A stretch of DNA of 44,288 nucleotides from Octopus bimaculoides (lineage: Eukaryota): assembly GCF_001194135.2 (NCBI RefSeq), contig NC_068981.1, positions 143,848,976 through 143,893,263 on the forward strand, in the 5' to 3' direction. Under the pieces are notes generated by a model that saw only the letters and a program-made list of their open reading frames with translations, had not been told where the DNA came from and did not search any database. Of the stretch, positions 36,477 to 44,288 are shown in pieces; positions within the stretch are counted from its first letter, which is position 1; every line of letters starts with the position of its first letter. The position numbers were made by a program, and so were the translations under genes.

Positions 36477-37344
36477 TCTGATAAAAAAAAAAATAGAAAG
36501 AATTACACTTTGGTTTAAAAGTAAACATTTTGACCAGGGATAAAATTCTCTACAATACATCAGAGTACAAATCTCTCCTAAAGTAAACTATGCTTTTTAT
36601 CCAACAGATCGATAAAAATAAAACTAGCCAATAATTGGTTAAACCTTCAAATGCGGTTCAGAGTATGGTTAAAGCCCAATGACTGAAACCAGTAAAACAA
36701 TAAAAGAAAATATTCGTGATTTAATTCTAAAATTAACTAACAATAAGCTTAATTTAATTTTCGAATGCACAGACCATAAATTTAAAAAGAAATGAAACTG
36801 AATGACTTGAATGAGATATTGCCATTGTTAGAATTACATAAAATAATAATAGAGAGGTGAGCCACGAACTGCGCATGACAGAGAATTCGAAACGATCTGC
36901 TAATATAAAGAAAAGTGAAAATGAGAGCTAGAGTACTATTGTTTTTCGTTTTTGTTTTATTTTATCATTTTTTTTTAGCTCTTCTTCCATAGCTGCTATT
37001 CTTTATTCTTTATATCTGCACGTTTCGTTTTGTTTTAAATATAACACATTGACACACAGACTCACACACATATGCATACGCACACATGTGAGCGTGTATT
37101 GAGAAAGCAAGAGACAAAGAAAAAGAGCTATCATCATAGAGTAATAGTAGGTGAGCTGCTGGCCGACTGCGTTGCATTTTCAGATCACAGTTGAAGCCAA
37201 TTAATTTCCTCAATGCCCTTGGGGAAATTTAGAACGTCACAGCATTCTATATCACCTTTTTCTTTCATTCTGTCTCTCCCACTACCTCTCTCCCTGTTTC
37301 CTCTCTATCTCTCTCACGTTACGCTATCTTTCTCTTTCTCATCA

Positions 37345-37564
37345 CACACGCACACACACACACACACANNNNNNNNNNNNNNNNNNNNNNNNNNNNNNNN
37401 NNNNNNNNNNNNNNNNNNNNNNNNNNNNNNNNNNNNNNNNNNNNNNNNNNNNNNNNNNNNNNNNNNNNNNNNNNNNNNNNNNNNNNNNNNNNNNNNNNNN
37501 NNNNNNNNNNNNNNNNNNNNNNNNNNNNNNNNNNNNNNNNNNNNNNNNNNNNNNNNNNNNNNNN

Positions 37565-37603
<39 letters not shown>

Positions 37604-37809
37604 CATATATATATAGAATCATATATATTATGCTTAGGTGCATATACATATACATACATATAGATATATATGCATATAAACATCTACTTTGATATACATA
37701 TATATTTGTATATACGTATACATATATATGTATGTGTGCATACGTATACATATAAATATATATGTATAATATATATGCTTATATATATATGTGTATATAT
37801 GTATATATG

Positions 37810-37840
<31 letters not shown>

Positions 37841-37905
37841 GTATATGCATATATATATAATCATGGTGATGTCTTATGATCATCGTATTATTCATATATA
37901 TGTAC

Positions 37906-37998
<93 letters not shown>

Positions 37999-38090
37999 TG
38001 AGTGTGTGTGTGTGTATATGTATATATGGATGTAGGTAGGTAAGTACGTACGTATGTATGCATGTATGTATGTATGTATGCATGTATAAC
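37345..38090. repeat. (CA)/(TA)/(TATG) microsatellite cluster with gap
   Basis: Direct reading. Gap at about 37369-37564. Confidence 0.92.
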
Positions 38091-39341
38091 TCGATGATCA
38101 TTAGATTTATAATCACTCTAGTACTATTTTGCATTTTAGAAATTACTTATAAATTTAGTGCATCTTCTTTTATTTCATTATGTCTAATCATTCTCTTCAG
38201 GCGACAAACCAAAAAAGAAGTAAAAAAAACAATTTAATCCTTTGGTTTATGAATGAAACCAACAACTATCCATTCATGGCAACATTTAAAGATAGCTGCA
38301 AGTTCTGAACATCCAAAACAACTCTGAAGTATTAGATATAATGAATGTTCACTACTGCAGCGTCTTTTGGGATCAGCTGCCACATACCTACATGAAGAAA
38401 GAAAAAAGAGGACAAATTCTTGTTTTAATGAAGCTCCTTTCCGAAAATAATAAAGTATCTCAAGATTTGGTTTCTAAGGATTGAAACTATGGAAACGGCA
38501 GAGAGCTACACGAGGAATATCTGTTGTACACACGAAATATTATCGTACGAAGGCAATGATTATTTGTTCGTATGTTGCTGGGGTTTTTTTTCTTTCTTTT
38601 TACTCAATCTGATTAATGGTATACAATTTTCGTATTTGCTTTTAAAAAGAAATCCAAGTTTTTTGGAGAAAATGCATCTGCAGTTCTAACTCAAAACAAA
38701 TTCTATTCGGTACATTTTTCTATAATGTAAGAATTCACATTATTTATGACTGCAAATGAGGGAATTGTACATTTCTAGATTTTCCTCCTTTACACTAGTA
38801 TTTGGAAAAAAGATGCTATGTATTCTGCAAAACACACTCCGCTTAAAGATACATTCAAATTGCATTTAAACTGTAATCTCTTAATCAAAGTAATTTCGTT
38901 TCATATTTACTCGTGCTTTATTATTAGTTGTAATTTCTTTATAAGTCCAGTAATTACGTACAAATTAAATACTAACCAACTAATTCACCACACAACTTTT
39001 TGACTTTATGACTATACTATAAAAATATACGTATATTTGTGCTGGTTGTGTGCTCACGATTACTACTTAGTATACATATGCATGTGTGTGTGTACGTGTG
39101 CGTGTGCGTGTGTGTGTGTGTGTGCGCGTGCGTGTCTCGTGTGTGTGTGTGTGTGTGTGTGTGCATGTGTGTGTGTGTGTGTGTGTGTGCGTCTGTGTGC
39201 GTGCGTGTGTGTGTAATTTCAAGATCCAAGGATCTAGGTGTAGGAAGTTAGTAAGCTTCGAACAGTCCATTGTAGGTATAAAAAACAACGTCCTGGAACA
39301 ATGATAGTTTATTGATGTAGAAGGTTGAAGGCTTTTCCCAT

Positions 39342-39373
<32 letters not shown>

Positions 39374-39787
39374 TGTATGTATGTATTATCTATCTATCTA
39401 TCCATCTATCTATGCAAGCATGCGTGCGTGCATGTATGTATGTATATGTGTGTGAGTGTGTATTTGTGTGCGTATCCATGGAGATAAAATGGCTGTTATA
39501 TTCCTAAGTACGTCATCAACATTCTGCTTGTGACATGGTGTTGCCAGAATACGATAGAGTTGTTTACCACGTCAACATTAACTACCACTTCAAGAGTATT
39601 TTAATATATTGTGGACGTTTCGTCGTATTTCTGGAAAGATTACTTTTCTATCCTTCCCTCATTTACCCCAGTTGTTGAAAATGGATACTGGGTATTCTGC
39701 AAAATAGACAACTCACGTAATAAACTTCATTTTTGTATCTAGTTTTCAAGATTCCTTATGTGAATTCGTGTGTTGAAACAAATTTTG

Positions 39788-39907
39788 TTGTCTCTGGGTA
39801 GAGTCATATTGTCTTAATATAACACACTCACCGGTTCAATTTCCTAAATGGGTGGAAATTAAATCGGTGAGTATGTGGCATTGAGGCTCTATGACTCTCC
39901 CCAGACA
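39788..39907. repeat. Imperfect fold-back of about 120 bp
   Basis: TGTCTCTGGGTAGAGTCATA..ACTCACCGGTTCAATTTCC pairs with GGAAATTAAATCGGTGAGT..TATGACTCTCCCCAGACA around a 9-nt loop. Confidence 0.8.
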
Positions 39908-40955
39908 CCACTTAATGAAGTTTTCATAAATAACTAAGACCACAAGAAGATAATTGTTTTTATCTTAATGTCCTAAAAATCTTATTCAATAGTTTAAAGT
40001 AAACATCGTGATGTCAAGTTATCTTGATCCGGGATAAACATCAATACCATGGGATATACATAGCTTACGATGAATTGTAATCTGTCGAAATCAGAAATAT
40101 TGTCAAGGAAATTTAGAAATGTGAAAACTAATGGTCGAATTCTGCAGTGCTTGATTGAGAAGGAATTGTGCTGTGCATATTTAAATCGGTAAAACATTCA
40201 TTCGATTAATAATGATACAGTTCAGCATCTAACTTCCGTAATAGATAACCTTCACCTACCAAGTGGTAATTTAAATTATTAAGATAGAATCACCGTGGGG
40301 AACTTTCTAGGTGCAATGTCACGGTCTTTAGCCTTATCTAACAAGGAGGAATCAAGAGTAAGGTCGATTTGGAATTGTGAAACAATTGAAGTACCAAGTT
40401 TCGTCTTTTAGTTGGCTTAAACATTGTTCTTTATCTCTGACTCACTTTCCCATGCATACATACATACATACATACATACATGCAGGCATACATACACACA
40501 TACGTATACACATGCATATATACATACATAACATATGAATGCATACATATATGCATGCATGCATGCATACATACATATATGCACACAAGCATGCATACAT
40601 GCATACAATTCTTTGGCACTTTCCTTTTCTCTATCTATCCACATCCTCCCTACTTTTTCTCACTCCTTCCTCTCTATCTCTGTCATTGATTCTGTGTATA
40701 TGAATGAGCGAGTGTGTGTGTGGGTAGATTTTTTGTTTTAATTCTTGACTTGTTACAATAAATGGGTTGCGATCATGCTGGGGAGGGGTCTTACCATGAC
40801 CCAGTATATGGTATTATTTAAAGTTTGTTATATTTTCTATTGATCATTTCGGAATGATCTCTAAGATACAAGGATGCAAACAAAGCAACACAGGTTGTCA
40901 AGCTGCGTGCGACAAAAAGACACACACACGCATACATGCATGCATACATACATCG

Positions 40956-40989
<34 letters not shown>

Positions 40990-41002
40990 CATACATACAT
41001 AC

Positions 41003-41337
41003 ATGGTGGTCGTCTACTCCTTACACAGAGTTTGACCACCTCCTGCACCTACACCTTAGCCCTTTCATGGCGTCTGATGTGGTTTTTAAAGCCAGACAAT
41101 GTTTTGAAAAAACACCCACACAGATTGCACCTCTGGTTTGTACTATCAATACCTGCAGGTAAGTTCTGCTCATTGTGGATCCTAACATGTCTTTTAAGAC
41201 CCCCATTGGATTTGCACATTCAAACGTGTGTACAGACATATAATCAGAATAGCTGGTTGAAGTTTGTTTTCCATGGGTTCGCAGGTGAGATTTGAGGCCA
41301 GCCAAAGACACGCATGTTCTGTCACAGACTGTGCACA
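41003..41337 (-). mobile_element. 3' end of an RTE-like LINE with three C2H2-like fingers, embedded in (TATG)n
   Basis: CTVCDRTCVSLAGLKSHLRTH, then after a frameshift CKSNGGLKRHVRIH and CNLCGCFFKTLSGFKNHIRRH, stop at 41049-41051. Short 3' UTR ending ACGACCACC(ATGT)n, with (ATAC)n arrays on both sides. Confidence 0.7.
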
Positions 41338-42049
41338 CATACATACATACATACATACATACATACATACATACATACATACATGCATACATACACATAT
41401 ACTTGTGCGTATCTCTGTGTGTGCATGTATTGATATATATTTATAATGTTCCGCGAAATGGAACTGAACTTGAAACGCTGTGATTGCAATGCAAACTTCT
41501 TAATCCCTATTATGAACCGTAATTTACTAACTAATCGAATGGCGTTGATTTCCTCTGAAATTTTTACTTTAGAAATGTATTCTTCATTTCAAACACGAAT
41601 CTAGGTTTATGCAGCAAACTACAAAATCTTAGAGATAACTCACATAGATAGACATTCTGAACGTTATGTAAAAATTTTAAGTAATGTCTAAACAGACATG
41701 ACACTTCAAATATAACATTTCAACAAAAACAAAAATGGCTTTCCTAATTGGTAGCTGAAATAATTAAAGGGTTAACATGAAAAGCTTTATATATGATGAA
41801 TATCTTCTTTTCCTGATCGTATTATTTCATGTCATATGATTTCCTTTATCGTCTACTTTCGAATAGTTCCACCTGTTTCATGAACTGTATATTTATATAT
41901 TTGTGCACGTTTTGTATTCTTCTATTCATCTTTCGGGTCATTTACGTTGTTAATGAGTAGAAGGCTATCGCTTTGCGACTTCTTATCCTGTTTACATTCA
42001 TATCGAATTTCTTTTGTGTACCACTAAGTAGCAAACCAGAAGGTAGAGT

Positions 42050-42050
42050 A

Positions 42051-42095
<45 letters not shown>

Positions 42096-42137
42096 NNNNN
42101 NNNNNNNNNNNNNNNNNNNNNNNNNNNNNNNNNNNNN

Positions 42138-42193
<56 letters not shown>

Positions 42194-43116
42194 GATATAC
42201 GCAGACGTATATATGGACATGCAGATATATATTTACGAGTATATAGATTCAAATACATACATATATACATACATACGTTCATTGTGACACACGCACATAT
42301 GTATGTGTAATAAATATATGTGTGTGCGCGTGAGCGTATATTTATACACACATATATAGATATGTGTTTGTGTGTGCGCGCGCGTGTGTGTCTGTGTGTG
42401 AGTATGTGTGTAAGTATGTGTGTGTCTGTGCGTGGGTGTGTGGGTGTGTGCGTGCGTGTGTTTTCCACTGTTTGTCTTTTCGAAAGTTGGAAAACGAGCT
42501 GATTGAGTCATTGCAAGTTATTACGTTTGAAAAGAAAACTCATCTTGCATTATATCTGGAAATGGGCTTCGAATCAATACTAAAAATCTTATTACGCAGA
42601 ATGTATATAATTGGGGCCATAACAATTCTTATATACATCTGCTTCAACAAGGGCACATTCAGTCGGACATGACAATCATCCACTCAAACATACATAGACG
42701 CGTGTGCTTCTATATGAGTACATATACATATGTATGTNNNNNNNNNNNNNNNNNNNNNNNNNNNNNNNNNNNNNNNNNNNNNNNNNNNNNNNNNNNNNNN
42801 NNNNNNNNNNNNNNNNNNNNNNNNNNNNNNNNNNNNNNNNNNNNNNNNNNNNNNNNNNNNNNNNNNNNNNNNNNNNNNNNNNNNNNNNNNNNNNNNNNNN
42901 NNNNNNNNNNNNNNNNNNNNNNNNNNNNNNNNNNNNNNNNNNNNNNNNNNNNNNNNNNNNNNNNNNNNNNNNNNNNNNNNNNNNNNNNNNNNNNNNNNNN
43001 NNNNNNNNNNNNNNNNNNNNNNNNNNNNNNNNNNNNNNNNNNNNNNNNNNNNNNNNNNNNNNNNNNNNNNNNNNNNNNNNNNNNNNNNNNNNNNNNNNNN
43101 NNNNNNNNNNNNNNNN

Positions 43117-43157
<41 letters not shown>

Positions 43158-43270
43158 TAGATATAGATATAGATATAGATATAGATATAGATAGATAGAT
43201 ACGCATATATACCAAAACCCGTATGCATATACACACACAAACACACACACATACACACACATACACACAA
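42050..43270. repeat. (TA)/(TG)/(TAGA) microsatellite cluster with gaps
   Basis: Direct reading. Gaps at about 42096-42137 and 42738-43116. Confidence 0.9.
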
Positions 43271-43560
43271 GTGCGCACATGCCCACACAAAGCCGTTAAT
43301 GGTTGCTTGAGCCAATTTTTTATGCAAGGGAAAAAGTGAGAAAAGCGAATAGAAATTAGCATTAAATTCATTTCTATTGTTGGAACCTCGAAGAAACTAT
43401 TTTGCAGTAATTTGTTCCGACTTCTACATTCTCAGTTCTAGTTCCTCCAGATTAGCTGTTCAAGGTCAATAACTATGGCACCAGTCAAATACTGGGGTCG
43501 GTGCAACTAATTGCCATCTCACCGCAAGATAGCTGTGCTATCATTCGAAAGCAACATATT

Positions 43561-43988
43561 AGTTTCTATTCTAGGCACAAGGCCCGAGAATTTGGGAAAG
43601 GGGGCCAGTCAATTAGATCGACCCAGTACGTAACTGGTACTTAATTTATCAACCTCAAAAGGATAAAAGGCAAAGTTGACCTCGGCAGAATTTGAACTCA
43701 GAACATAAAGACAGACGAAATACCGGTAAGCATTTCGTCCAGCGCGCTAACGTTTCTTATTTCTTTATTGCCCACAAGGGGCTAAACATAGAGGAGACAA
43801 ACAAGGATAAGCAAACGGATTAAGTCGATTATATATACCCCAGTGCGTAACTGGTATTTATTTAATCGACTCCGAAAGGATGAAAGGCAAAGTAGACCTC
43901 GGCGAAATTTGAACTCAGAACGTAGCAGCAGGCGAAATACCGCTAAACATTTCGCCCGGCATGCTAACGTTTCTGCCAGCTCGCCGCT
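43561..43988 (-). mobile_element. Full-length dimeric SINE family B with TSD
   Basis: Two head-core units. 17-bp TSD TTCGAAAGCA(A/G)CATATT at 43544-43560 and 43989-44005 flanks the whole dimer. Confidence 0.92.
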
Positions 43989-44288
43989 TTCGAAAGCAGC
44001 ATATTGAAAATTCTGCTTGTCACTCTGCTAGTAAGTTATCATGCGCTTTACGCTATTATCACTAAAAATTGGTACTTTTGTTAAGGTAGTAAAGCGGCAG
44101 AATCGTTAGCACTCAATACAAAATACTTTGTATATCTCGTCGGAGTTTATGTTGTTACCAATATAAATTTTGAATATAAAAATTAGAATCTTGAATATTA
44201 TCTGCAATTCGAAGGTTCTGAAAAAATAATGTATGATAGTTAGAAGTGGATCTTGCCACCATAAACAACAGGTGAATGTAAGGGTTTT

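Overview
Repeat-dominated eukaryotic draft-assembly sequence. It is AT-rich with abundant microsatellites and 12 N-gaps, nearly all bordered by microsatellites. The repeat families suggest an octopod cephalopod such as Octopus (inference from recalled repeat sequences, not a database search). No host protein-coding gene can be supported; most entries in the ORF track are artefacts of N-runs or simple repeats. Recognisable content: a 5'-truncated Penelope-like retroelement with an inverted pLTR (6625-8399); two Tc1, one maT/DD37D-like and one Tigger/pogo transposon relics; R4/Dong-like and RTE-like LINE 3' fragments; three tRNA-derived SINE families (about 20 copies, including dimers and tandem arrays); and several long fold-back elements. 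Two results stand out. (1) A 7SL (SRP) RNA-derived sequence is joined to the 3' tail of a local tRNA-SINE family and a poly(A), a possible 7SL-derived SINE or chimera in a mollusc (14887-15197, minus strand). (2) Four different minimal hammerhead-ribozyme motif families occur, one inside a Penelope pLTR that also carries a tRNA-like Pol III head.
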